Assembly (NCBI GenBank): GCA_036351155.1
Contig: JAZBOO010000099.1
Coordinates: forward strand, 947-64,946
Direction: 5' to 3'
DNA from: Candidatus Krumholzibacteriia bacterium
Lineage (GTDB): Bacteria > Krumholzibacteriota > Krumholzibacteriia > LZORAL124-64-63
DNA: 64,000 nt
Shown piece by piece: positions 1 through 13,738 of this stretch. Position numbers and translations under genes: made by a program. The notes under the pieces are model-generated. The model was not told the DNA's origin. It saw nothing but the letters and a program-made list of their open reading frames with translations, and did no database searches. Position 1 is the stretch's first letter. Each line of letters starts with the position of its first letter.

Positions 1-575
1 TTGGCCTCCAGCTCCAGCGGGTCTCGGCCCAGGCTCTGAAGAACAGGCCCAGCGGGAGCTACCTGGCCGTCCGCATCGATCACATGGCCTTCTCCCATCA
101 GGACCAGGGCCAGATGAGACAGGGGAGCCAGGTCGCCCGAAGCTCCCACCGATCCCCTTGAAGGCACCCAGGGATGAAGCCCGGCCTCCAGCAGCCACAG
201 GAGTTGCTCGATGACCGCCACCCGGGCTCCCGAGTAGCCGTGGGACAGGCTCAGCGCGCGCAGCAGAATCATGCCCCGCACCTCTTCCCGATCCAGGGGC
301 GTGCCACAACCGATGGCGTGGCTGCGGATCAGATTCTTCTGAAGCTGAGCCTGCTGTTCAAAGGGAATGACGGTGTCGGCGAGCTTGCCGAAGCCGGTGT
401 TGACCCCGTAAATGCGTCGATCGGAGCGGGCCAGCTGCCGGCGGTAAGCGTCGCAGCGCGCCACTCGGGTGCGGGCCTCATCGCCCAGGACAACCCGGGT
501 GCTCCCCTCGCATACGGAACAGAAAACCGCCAGGTCCAGCGTATCCTGGCCAATGGTGAAAACAGGTCGAGTCAT
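1..575 (-). CDS. hutH: Histidine/aromatic amino-acid ammonia-lyase (HAL/PAL family), N-terminal portion; the gene runs off the window start
   Basis: Read by hand on the reverse strand. It is absent from the ORF track because no stop falls inside the window. ATG at ~575 gives MTRPVFTIGQD...YGVNTGFGKLAD...SRGSVGASGDLAPLSHLALVLMGEG. The Ala-Ser-Gly (MIO prosthetic group) motif and its flanking blocks are diagnostic of the HAL/PAL lyase family. The plus-strand ORF 174..725 is the antisense shadow of this gene. Confidence 0.7.
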   Translation of the reverse strand, partial: MTRPVFTIGQDTLDLAVFCSVCEGSTRVVLGDEARTRVARCDAYRRQLARSDRRIYGVNTGFGKLADTVIPFEQQAQLQKNLIRSHAIGCGTPLDREEVRGMILLRALSLSHGYSGARVAVIEQLLWLLEAGLHPWVPSRGSVGASGDLAPLSHLALVLMGEGHVIDADGQVAPAGPVLQSLGRDPLELEA

Positions 576-622
576 GGCGAAACCGGCATTCCCCACCTGC
601 TGATCCCGTTCGGAATAGGACG

Positions 623-5405
<4,783 letters not shown>

Positions 5406-7310
5406 TCAAAAGGATTCCAGAAGGGTCACGTGAAGCTTGGCCACGTCGAAGTCGACGGTGCCGGGAAACCCGATGGCCAGCGAGATGTCACCCCCTGGAG
5501 TGCGCGCCAGAAGACCCAGCCCGTAACCCCGGGGCCAGCCCTTCTTGCGGACCACACGCTCCTCGCCGGACAGCATGATTTCCCGGGTGGAAAAACCAAA
5601 ATACCCCACGTCGTAGAAGGTGTAAAGCCGGGACCCCAGAGGTGCTCCCACCCGCAGTTCCAGCCCACCCCAGGCCGCATCCGATCCGTTGAATTCGTCT
5701 TCCCGGTAGCCGCGCACCGTGGCCGCCCCCCCGAAGCGGAACTGCTCGCCCAGCGGCACGATATCCTCCAGGCTGTCCAGCTGCCGGAAGGACGCCCGGC
5801 TGGCCACGCTCCAGTTGCGGCTCAGCCACACCTCGCCGGCCAGATCTACCTCGTAGATGCGCTGAGTCTGGGCTTCCCCCAGCTGGGGACCAGCGGTCAA
5901 GCCGGTGTCTTCTTCGGGACGTACGCGGCCTGACCGCCAGGCGGTTTCCAGGGCGAACGAACCGCTCCAGCCGCTGCGGGTGCGATCACCTCGCCGGTGC
6001 AAGAATGCTCCGCGCGCACGGGTGCGACTGCTGCTTTCCAGAATACCCGTGGGATACGTGGACCGATCCCAGCCCACTCCCAGTTCCACTCCCCACAGAG
6101 CCACCACGGGGAGCTGCCAGCGATTTTCCAGACGGAAACGGGTGTGGGAATCTTCCTGCACCTCGCTGTCCAGCTCCCATTGCATATCAAGGGGAGTGCC
6201 AAAGGCCAGAGGCTCCAGAAAATCGAAACCGAACCGGGACTTCCCGTTCCCATCATCACGCCAGTTCACGCCCAGGTTGCGACCAGAACCGGCCATGTTG
6301 GGCAAACGCAGGCTCACTTCGCCACTCAGGCGACTGGGTGTATCATCCTGTCGCCGGCTCAGTCCCAGAACCACCTGCAGGCTGTTGACCTTCCGACGAG
6401 GAGTGATGGGGAAATGGATCCCCACCGTGTCCACCTGGGTTGTCGGGTAGACCCGGGGTACCCCCACCTGGGTGTACAGGTCACGCGCCACCAGCTTGTC
6501 CACCGCCCGTTGCAGGTCAGATTCCCGGAACACCTCCCCTGGCCTCAGACCGGAGGCACGCGCGAGAAAACGTCGTGGCCGGCCCGGAGGAAGGTCGCTG
6601 GTGATGGGGCCCAGATAACTCAGGCGTCCAGGTAACAAGGTGGCCTGCACGGTAACTTCGGCCCTCAAGGTGTCCAGGCTGACCGACCTGGTCACCCAGC
6701 GGGCAAAGGGAAAACCGGCCTCTCCGGCACCTTCCAGGATCCGTCCGATCCCCTCCTGGAAGGCAACCCCCGAAAAATGGTCGCCGGAATGTGGCAACCA
6801 GAGATCGAGCAATCTTTCCTTGTCCGGAAAATCTTCCCCTTGGACCTCCATGACAGCCAGAGTGAAGCGCGGTCCGGGGTCGACCACCAGCACCGCTTTC
6901 CCCGTGTCCGGGGAGGCCTTGATTTGCACCTGGAAGAATCCCCGTTCCAGCCATCGATCTCGAACCAGGGAGTCCAGAGAACGGAACACCGCGCCCGAAT
7001 CTGGCCTGGCCGTCACCAGGGCCGATTTGAGCCGAGCTCGGCCGGTGCTGTCCTCGGCCGCGAGGCGATCCTGAATGACCCTCAGCCCTGGGTTCAGCTG
7101 AGCGGCGAGCCAGGCGCGATCCTGGTCAAACCACTTTTCCATCTCGGCATTGAGTTTCAATCCAGGGGTCGAACGGATTTCCTGCCGAGCCTGGACACTT
7201 GCGGGCTGCGCCACCACACCCCCGGGAAGGAGCAGCACCCAGAGATTTCCCACCAGCAGACCCATCAACAGGCGGTCAGAAGCGCGCCGTGGATTCCAGC
7301 CGAAGATCAT
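5406..7310 (-). CDS. Omp85-family outer-membrane protein (TamA/BamA-like; short, about 3 POTRA-sized N-terminal region plus D15 barrel)
   Basis: ORF 5406..7427. The start is reassigned to the internal ATG at 7310 (MIFGWNPRRASDRLLMGLLVGNLWVLLLPGGVVAQPAS, a signal peptide), which is preceded by a strong SD (GGGAGACAGGAGGTGGCAAC-ATG). The C-terminus has alternating-hydrophobic beta strands ending ...VAKLHVTLLESF, typical of Omp85 barrels. It overlaps the upstream gene's 3' end by 35 nt. Confidence 0.55.
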   Translation of the reverse strand: MIFGWNPRRASDRLLMGLLVGNLWVLLLPGGVVAQPASVQARQEIRSTPGLKLNAEMEKWFDQDRAWLAAQLNPGLRVIQDRLAAEDSTGRARLKSALVTARPDSGAVFRSLDSLVRDRWLERGFFQVQIKASPDTGKAVLVVDPGPRFTLAVMEVQGEDFPDKERLLDLWLPHSGDHFSGVAFQEGIGRILEGAGEAGFPFARWVTRSVSLDTLRAEVTVQATLLPGRLSYLGPITSDLPPGRPRRFLARASGLRPGEVFRESDLQRAVDKLVARDLYTQVGVPRVYPTTQVDTVGIHFPITPRRKVNSLQVVLGLSRRQDDTPSRLSGEVSLRLPNMAGSGRNLGVNWRDDGNGKSRFGFDFLEPLAFGTPLDMQWELDSEVQEDSHTRFRLENRWQLPVVALWGVELGVGWDRSTYPTGILESSSRTRARGAFLHRRGDRTRSGWSGSFALETAWRSGRVRPEEDTGLTAGPQLGEAQTQRIYEVDLAGEVWLSRNWSVASRASFRQLDSLEDIVPLGEQFRFGGAATVRGYREDEFNGSDAAWGGLELRVGAPLGSRLYTFYDVGYFGFSTREIMLSGEERVVRKKGWPRGYGLGLLARTPGGDISLAIGFPGTVDFDVAKLHVTLLESF

Positions 7311-10300
7311 GTTGCCACCTCCTGTCTCCCTGCTTGCGGGCAAACCAGTTGGCCGCCACGGACAAAAAGTCCGAAGGCTCCCAGGACACCCTGAGCGTCG
7401 ATTCAATGTTGCGCCCTGGGTAGCCATAGAACCAGGGCCGCTGGGTCCCGGGGGGTTCGTCGCTGGTCACATCGGCCAGCCGCAGATCGGCCTGCACCGT
7501 CCACTGCCGGGCCAGTCTCTGCCGCAGGGTGGGCCGCAGGGCGTATTCCTTCTGGGCCACATTCGAAACGGCATCATCCCGGGTCAGGAATTCGGCCTGA
7601 AGACCCAGGCGGACATCGCCCGAGGGCCGGAAGTTCCAGCCCAGCTCGTACCGGCGCGTCAGGGACACATAGCTGCGACGGGTGCTGGTGCTGCTCTCGG
7701 TGGAGAGACGTCGTTCATCGGCCTGTTGCCAGCGCCAGCGCAGGGAGGAGCGGCGGGACACGTTGAGATTGCTCCTGAGCTCGAACTTGCGTTCCAGACG
7801 ATCCTCGGGGTGGTCGGCATACTGCCGGTCCTTGGTTTCCCGAAAATCGAACCGGACCCGGAGGTCGATGGCCTTCAGATGCTGCAGGAACGTCAGCTCC
7901 TCGGTGAAACGAAGATCGCCCAGGACCGTGGTCTCGTTGTCGAAAAGCACGGCCGGATCCAGGGCCAGCAAACCGGCAATGTCCTCGGTGGTGCTCCGCC
8001 CCTCGATGGCTGCCACTGTCAGGCTATTCCAGGCCCCGTACCACTTCTTTTCCCCCAGGAACTTGAAATCCTGTCGCCAGTTCAGATCGGCCAGCACCGC
8101 CGTGGTGGCCACCAGGCTGTCGGTCCCGGCCAGAACCATGTCGTGGTCACCCAGATTGCTGCCCACGTAGTCGCCGTCCTGGTTGTAGTCGCCCTGGTTC
8201 TCACCCACAAAAACCACCTGACGATCCAGGACCTCGGTGCGGCTGTTGTCCACCCGGTACCCCAGCGACCAGTCGCTCCCGATCCGATCCCACTGGGCGG
8301 ATAGATCCAGCCGGGCCAGTCGGGTCGTCTGCTCCGCCTGGCCCGGGGACAGGATGCGCCGAAGCGTTCCTTCTCCCACCAGCCGCATGCCCGCGTACCT
8401 TCCGGTGCTCACCCCGCCGTTGAAGGTCCGGCTGTCCCTCTGCAACTGCCAGTCGCCGGCCACCAGGGAGTCAGCCAGGCCTCGCTTGAAGTCGACCCGC
8501 CAGTCCAGGGGTGCTCCGGGAGCCGCAGCCAACCCTGCCCCCGTTTCCTCGTAGCGAAACCCGCCGGCCCGTCCCGTGGGAATCCGGGCATCTTCCCAGC
8601 GACGGGAAAGGAAACTCCCCGAGGGAGTCACCGGCCCCAGCCGCCAGGACAGCCGGTGGGTCCGGCTGGTGCGGGTGATGTCCAGGGGATCAAAGGTATC
8701 CCGAGCCCTGGCCGTCAGCTGGCTGTGGGAGCCCCGGCCCCCTCGCCAGGTCCAGCCCAAACTTCCGGCCAGGCGATCCGCTGCCAGATGGTCCCCATGA
8801 TCCAGTTGCCCCCAGTCACCCCCCAGGTTGAGCGATCGTCCAGGGCCACCGGTCTGCCAGTTCCCCGTCAGTCGGGTTTCACGGCTGGCCTCATCCAGAA
8901 AACCCATCCTCCGCGCGCGGTCGGCCAGACCCCAGTCATCGTAATCGAAGACCGTCCTGTGCAACTGGAAGGGCTGGAAGTTGGCCTCACGCTTTTCCCA
9001 GGACCCCTTGAACGAGGCGACGCCGAAACTGCGTCCGCCGATCTTCAGGGATCGCGGCCTGATGCGCCCCTCAACCCGACCTGCTCCTCCCTGATTGTCG
9101 TCATTATCCCGGTCGGAAAGGAGGTTGCGGTCATCGCTGCCCAGGTTCCATTCGGCCCGGACATGGTCACCGGCCGAATCACCCACGCTGGTCTGGAAAG
9201 TGGCCAGGCTGCGCGAGGTGGGCAAAGGCAAAAGGCGCCCGATTCGATAGCTGCCCAGATTCTGTCCCCGGTAAGCAAAAACCCGCGTGCCGTTTTCGGT
9301 CAGACTGTCCAGGGAGTAGAATCCTTCGTTCGACCCGACATAGAAAAACGCCACATCAAAATCCCCACCCTCGGGGTTGAAGACGTAGATGGTGTCGGTC
9401 CCCGCCAGGCTGCGGTCATAGTCACCCTGACCGGGTTCACGCAGCACCACCCCGGAGGCCACCGCCCGCAGGGGATCATCACCGGCCGCCGCGAGAACCT
9501 CCTGATCCTCGTCCGCCAGCTCTCCCGTCCGCAGCCGTCCAGGATCATCCTTCTCCCGGATCATCCGGACCGAGAAGTTGGCCGGCACATCCGTTCCCGG
9601 CACCTGGAAATCCAGGCCCGCCCCGGCCCCCGCCACGGTGCGTCCAAAAGGCCCTTCACCCTCCTCGAATTCCACCACGATGGTGGACTCGGCGGTGATC
9701 AGGCGGCGGTAGGTAAAGGTGACGGTTCCCCGCACATAGTCGATGATGTAGTCCCGGTCCTGCCCCCGGGTCAGTACCTCGCCGTCCAGGGTCACCCGTT
9801 CGCTGCCGGCCACGATGAAGAGGTTGCCGCTGCCGGCGCCGCCCCCCAGATAGTAGGGGCCCTGGTTGGCTTCCTGGCCCCGAACCTGGAGCGTGCGATA
9901 CAGGCCCCGTGGTGAACCGGCCAGTACCTCGACCTGCGCGGGACCGGGCGTGGCTTCCAGGGAAAAGCCCTGCAGTTTCCGCCGGTAATTTCCGAAGACC
10001 GTGCCTTGCCGCCGCGCCACGAAATCACCCAGGGTGGCCTTCCAGCCCGGGGCCACCATCTCTACCAGGACCTTGTCGATGTCCTTCAGTTCCTCGGTAT
10101 TCCCCTCGGGCACCACGGGTAGATTGTCATCCGAGAGGAAGGCACGCACGGCGATGTCTTCGGTCAGCTGGCCCATGATGTTCAGGCGCAGATTCTGATC
10201 CACCGTCATTTCCCGACGATTCCCCGACGACACCTGCACCGTCTTGGAGCCACTGACCTGAAGGTTGCCCGCACGCCAGGCATCGGGGCGCAACTCGGGA

Positions 10301-10773
10301 GTGAAAAAGGGTCCATCGCCGGCGGCCGGGGTTTCGGTTCCGTCGGTGCTTCCGCTGGAACCGGGAGACCGCCCAACCGGGCGCAGATCCTGACGGGCGG
10401 TCACCGGCACCGGGAGAAAACGGTAGCTGATGATCACCAGACTTTTCGCCTCCATACCGGTGGTCCGAATGCTATCTCCCGGGGCCGAGGTATTCCAGTT
10501 GCGGGTGGGCACCACCATGCCGGACCGGCCTCGGACCCGGTAGTCTTCGCCCTGAACCCAGAGCGCCCCGTCCACCTGCACCACAAAACTGGCGGGTTCA
10601 CAATGCCCGTGGGCCAGCTTCAGGGGCTGGGTGCCCGAAGTCACCAGACGGTATTCGATTTCCTGATGAAGCAGAGGAGAGTCCTGGGCCAGGGCGGGGA
10701 TCGCGACCATCGGCAGGAGGAAGTACCCCAGAAGTACCGCAGGAAGAAGGTTCGCCGTCACCCGGGGGCGCAT
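7276..10773 (-). CDS. Giant (1165 aa) secreted/periplasm-spanning beta-rich protein, possibly TamB/AsmA-like
   Basis: N-terminal signal peptide or signal anchor (MRPRVTANLLPAVLLGYFLLPMVAIPALAQ). Long beta-rich sequence of low complexity. C-terminus of amphipathic beta strands ending ...WQHDLRLESTARF. Translationally coupled to the downstream Omp85 gene. The TamB assignment is inferred from size, topology and synteny only. Confidence 0.35.
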   Translation of the reverse strand: MRPRVTANLLPAVLLGYFLLPMVAIPALAQDSPLLHQEIEYRLVTSGTQPLKLAHGHCEPASFVVQVDGALWVQGEDYRVRGRSGMVVPTRNWNTSAPGDSIRTTGMEAKSLVIISYRFLPVPVTARQDLRPVGRSPGSSGSTDGTETPAAGDGPFFTPELRPDAWRAGNLQVSGSKTVQVSSGNRREMTVDQNLRLNIMGQLTEDIAVRAFLSDDNLPVVPEGNTEELKDIDKVLVEMVAPGWKATLGDFVARRQGTVFGNYRRKLQGFSLEATPGPAQVEVLAGSPRGLYRTLQVRGQEANQGPYYLGGGAGSGNLFIVAGSERVTLDGEVLTRGQDRDYIIDYVRGTVTFTYRRLITAESTIVVEFEEGEGPFGRTVAGAGAGLDFQVPGTDVPANFSVRMIREKDDPGRLRTGELADEDQEVLAAAGDDPLRAVASGVVLREPGQGDYDRSLAGTDTIYVFNPEGGDFDVAFFYVGSNEGFYSLDSLTENGTRVFAYRGQNLGSYRIGRLLPLPTSRSLATFQTSVGDSAGDHVRAEWNLGSDDRNLLSDRDNDDNQGGAGRVEGRIRPRSLKIGGRSFGVASFKGSWEKREANFQPFQLHRTVFDYDDWGLADRARRMGFLDEASRETRLTGNWQTGGPGRSLNLGGDWGQLDHGDHLAADRLAGSLGWTWRGGRGSHSQLTARARDTFDPLDITRTSRTHRLSWRLGPVTPSGSFLSRRWEDARIPTGRAGGFRYEETGAGLAAAPGAPLDWRVDFKRGLADSLVAGDWQLQRDSRTFNGGVSTGRYAGMRLVGEGTLRRILSPGQAEQTTRLARLDLSAQWDRIGSDWSLGYRVDNSRTEVLDRQVVFVGENQGDYNQDGDYVGSNLGDHDMVLAGTDSLVATTAVLADLNWRQDFKFLGEKKWYGAWNSLTVAAIEGRSTTEDIAGLLALDPAVLFDNETTVLGDLRFTEELTFLQHLKAIDLRVRFDFRETKDRQYADHPEDRLERKFELRSNLNVSRRSSLRWRWQQADERRLSTESSTSTRRSYVSLTRRYELGWNFRPSGDVRLGLQAEFLTRDDAVSNVAQKEYALRPTLRQRLARQWTVQADLRLADVTSDEPPGTQRPWFYGYPGRNIESTLRVSWEPSDFLSVAANWFARKQGDRRWQHDLRLESTARF

Positions 10774-11810
10774 TATTCGTAGATGATGCGGTAGACGAGA
10801 ATAGCTGTGCGAGCCTGGTCGATCACAGCCAGCAGGTCATCGGGACCAACGGCCACGTCCACCGGAGAGACGGGCGTCCCGCGCAGTGAGAAATCCCGAC
10901 CGGCCGAAAAAACGGGCCGGAAACGGGCATCCAGCACGTGGATCAGGGAGTTTCCAGGGTCTGCCACGAACACGTTGCCAAATCGATCGCAGTCCAGCCC
11001 CGAGGGGGAAGCCATGACGTTGTCGGCCGCGTAGAAACCGCCCACGGTCCTTTCGAAAAAGCCCAGGCGGCCGTACCAGCTGAGGCGGCTGTTGGCGGTA
11101 TCACTGGCCAGGATGCTACCATCGGGCAGGAAGGTCACGCCGGCCAGGGCCCCGAACTGGTCATCCAGCGACCCCGGTTCCCCCAGACGCATGTTCAAGG
11201 TCAGGAAAGCGTCAAGGAGCAGGACCTGTTGCTGAGCCTCGTCGGCAATGATCAGTCGGCCGTCTCGATCCACATCGAAAGCCAGTCCCCGGGTGGTGAC
11301 CGCCGGATCCACTCGCGCCACATCCAGCAACTGGTCCTGCCAGCGGCCCGAAAGGTCGAAGCGGAACAGGTTGTCCCCGCCCCGATCCAGGACCAGAATC
11401 TTGAAGCCGTCCACCTGCACATCCACGGGTCGATAGGGACGTGAGAGAGGAGCGTCGAACTCGTACCAGCGGGCCGCCCCCACTTCCAGCCCATAGACCT
11501 TGCCCCGGGATTCATCGCAGAAAATGAGAGTGCCGTCGGCGGCGAAAGTGACCCCGCTGGGGCGCTCCAGGGGATAGTAACTGGCGTCGGCGGTGTTCTC
11601 ATGGGACATCACGAACTCGAGGGCGGCCACCCGGGTTCCGATGCGCCCCTGAGCGCTGGACGACCCCGAGGGGCTGGAGGGTACGGGCCGGTCGGTGGCC
11701 GGACCGGGCCCGGAATTCCCCGCACACCCGACCAGGCTGACCAGTGAAACCGTCAGCAGCACCGCGCGAAGGCACGTCAGAGACTTTCTCATGCTCGGGG
11801 GAGCCATCAT
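10773..11810 (-). CDS. NHL-repeat beta-propeller lipoprotein
   Basis: Lipoprotein signal with lipobox (LTVSLVSLVGC). Repeated NHL-like blades (GRLIIADEAQQQVLLLD, GSILASDTANSRLSWYG, GNVFVADPGNSLIHVLD, LLAVIDQARTAILVY). Its stop overlaps the start of the next gene. Confidence 0.55.
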   Translation of the reverse strand: MMAPPSMRKSLTCLRAVLLTVSLVSLVGCAGNSGPGPATDRPVPSSPSGSSSAQGRIGTRVAALEFVMSHENTADASYYPLERPSGVTFAADGTLIFCDESRGKVYGLEVGAARWYEFDAPLSRPYRPVDVQVDGFKILVLDRGGDNLFRFDLSGRWQDQLLDVARVDPAVTTRGLAFDVDRDGRLIIADEAQQQVLLLDAFLTLNMRLGEPGSLDDQFGALAGVTFLPDGSILASDTANSRLSWYGRLGFFERTVGGFYAADNVMASPSGLDCDRFGNVFVADPGNSLIHVLDARFRPVFSAGRDFSLRGTPVSPVDVAVGPDDLLAVIDQARTAILVYRIIYE

Positions 11811-11814
11811 GGAT

Positions 11815-12693
11815 CTAGAACCGCCGGGAAACGACGCACTGAGCGCCCGGATCGCGCCATGAGGGCAGCATTTCCAGTCCCAGATTCATGCCCAGGACCT
11901 CGGTTTCCAGCTTCCCATCGGCGGCGCCGGCGCCCAGCACCGCATCGACCACGGACACTGCCCGGTTCACCACCGCGAACAGGATCATGAAATCCCGGCG
12001 GTCATAGGCGCTGTTGGCATCAGCCCGCAGGGAGGCAAAGCCGGTGCGGCGATCCTCGTTGACCCACTGCCAGGCGTCGGATCCGGACACCAGGCCCCCG
12101 GGCTCTTCTTGCAGGGCCCGCGCTTCACGCAGAACCGACTCGTTGTAGGCGTCACTGTCCATGTAGCGCCCCACGCTTTGCCAGTAGCTGTCGGGATGTT
12201 CTCCGCGGGTTCCGGCGTAGATCTCGGCATACTCGATCGAGGAGTCCAGCCGGTTATCTCCCTGATGATCGAAGATGAAATAGGTGGTCCAGATGGCCAC
12301 CTCGATGCCGCCCATCAAGAACGCCTTCTTCTGCTGACCGTTGTAAAACTGGCCCGCTCCGGGGAAAACAGCAGACAGTGCTCCGGCCGTGGCCTTGGTC
12401 TTGAAGTTGGAAGGCCCGGAAGAGTCCTTCTTTTCCTTGCCGGAAGCGGCACCGATTTCATTGTCGCGCTCGATGCCCTGCCCCCCGATCTGAGCGTAGA
12501 ACAGATAGGGCGTGCTGGCCTGAGCCCGCCAGTTATGGGTGGCCTGGGACCCCATCAGGGCGTACTCGACCTGAAGGAACGAGCTCACAGGTGCACCGTC
12601 TCCGGCCTGGGCCACCTTGGTCCCCGTGGCCAGGAGCAGACCACACGCCAGGAATGCTGTCGCGGACCGCATCTTGTTTCGCAATAAACTCAT
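11815..12693 (-). CDS. Secreted/membrane protein of unknown function with a PGAGQ helix-hairpin motif (paralog A)
   Basis: ORF 11815..12711. The probable start is M7 (12693), preceded by GAGGCGGAG; the n-region plus hydrophobic signal is MSLLRNKMRSATAFLACGLLLATGTKVAQA. Motif AVFPGAGQFYNGQQKKAFLMGGIEVAIWTTYFIF. C-terminal residue is F. Clearly paralogous to the next gene. Confidence 0.5.
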   Translation of the reverse strand: MSLLRNKMRSATAFLACGLLLATGTKVAQAGDGAPVSSFLQVEYALMGSQATHNWRAQASTPYLFYAQIGGQGIERDNEIGAASGKEKKDSSGPSNFKTKATAGALSAVFPGAGQFYNGQQKKAFLMGGIEVAIWTTYFIFDHQGDNRLDSSIEYAEIYAGTRGEHPDSYWQSVGRYMDSDAYNESVLREARALQEEPGGLVSGSDAWQWVNEDRRTGFASLRADANSAYDRRDFMILFAVVNRAVSVVDAVLGAGAADGKLETEVLGMNLGLEMLPSWRDPGAQCVVSRRF

Positions 12694-12746
12694 GTTCAAA
12701 CTCCGCCTCACGGTTTGTTGGCGCCAATCAGGTCGATGATTTCCAG

Positions 12747-13712
12747 TTAGAACGAAACCCTGGCACCCACGGTGCCGCGGTAAAGGCCCTGGGGTTCGGT
12801 GATGATTTCCACGGTGTGCCCCGCCACCTTCATCCCGCTGTCCCCACCCCCGAGAAGGCCGTTGAGATAGGCGACCTGCAACACGCTGGCCACCCGCAGA
12901 CCCATGTTCACGTAAAGGAAGCGATCGCGCTTCTTGTAGGCGTCGTTGGCCTGATCCCGGATGTCACGATACACTTCGCGATGCTCCGAAACCCAGGGCT
13001 GGCGCAGGTCGCTGATGGTTTCCGTGGGCTCGTAGTCGTAGGTCGGGCCCCAGAAGGTGGGGCGCAGATAATCGTCCCAGCCGAAGATGAACTGGTCCCA
13101 CTTGCCCAGATTCTCGTAGTACTCGCGGCGATCCTCTTCCACCGTCACGTACAGCGGGAGAAATCCCAGGTCCTCCACGCCCGTGATGTTCTCGGTCACA
13201 CCCGGGAAGTACAGGGCACCTTCGCCGCTGCGCTCGGGGTCGGCACTGCTCCCGTTGTAGGCCTCGACCAGTCGTTCATCGCTGTAGTGCAGGTCGGCAT
13301 AGGCGTAGTACTCGTCGGTGTAGTCCTTGCCATCACCATGGTACTTGGCCACCTGGGTCCAGCTGAAGATGTCCAGGGCCATCATGACGTACCCGCGCTT
13401 GTATCCCAGCAAGGCCTCACCCGCACCGGGCAAGACGGCCGAAGCCAGGATGGTGAGCCCGGGCTTGATCCCCTGCCTCCCGGTCCCGAAGGATTCTCTT
13501 TCGAACCGGGAGCCGGCCGCCCCGCCGCCAATTTCATCCTGAGCGGCCAGTTCTCCGGTCAGCGCCAGGGTCTCCAAGCCGCCACGCTGCAGCAGCCAGG
13601 CCGCACGGTCCTGACCGGTCTGGGCCTGCGCCGTGGTCCCCATCACCAGCAGCACGCACAGGGTCATCAAAACCAGGGACTTCATTCGTCCATCAGTATC
13701 AAACCGGGTCAT
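12747..13712 (-). CDS. Secreted/membrane protein of unknown function with a PGAGE helix-hairpin motif (paralog B)
   Basis: ORF 12747..13742. The probable start is M11 (~13712, MTRFDTDGRMKSLVLMTLCVLLVMGTTAQAQ), preceded by AAGGAGAG. Motif AVLPGAGEALLGYKRGYVMMALDIFSWTQVAKY. Shares blocks with paralog A (ANDAYKKRDRFLYVNMGLRVASV vs ANSAYDRRDFMILFAVVNRAVSV). Ends ...GARVSF. Overlaps the stop of the upstream M6 gene by 4 nt. Confidence 0.5.
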   Translation of the reverse strand: MTRFDTDGRMKSLVLMTLCVLLVMGTTAQAQTGQDRAAWLLQRGGLETLALTGELAAQDEIGGGAAGSRFERESFGTGRQGIKPGLTILASAVLPGAGEALLGYKRGYVMMALDIFSWTQVAKYHGDGKDYTDEYYAYADLHYSDERLVEAYNGSSADPERSGEGALYFPGVTENITGVEDLGFLPLYVTVEEDRREYYENLGKWDQFIFGWDDYLRPTFWGPTYDYEPTETISDLRQPWVSEHREVYRDIRDQANDAYKKRDRFLYVNMGLRVASVLQVAYLNGLLGGGDSGMKVAGHTVEIITEPQGLYRGTVGARVSF

Positions 13713-13738
13713 GTTGTTCTCTCCTTGCCTGGGCGGGG

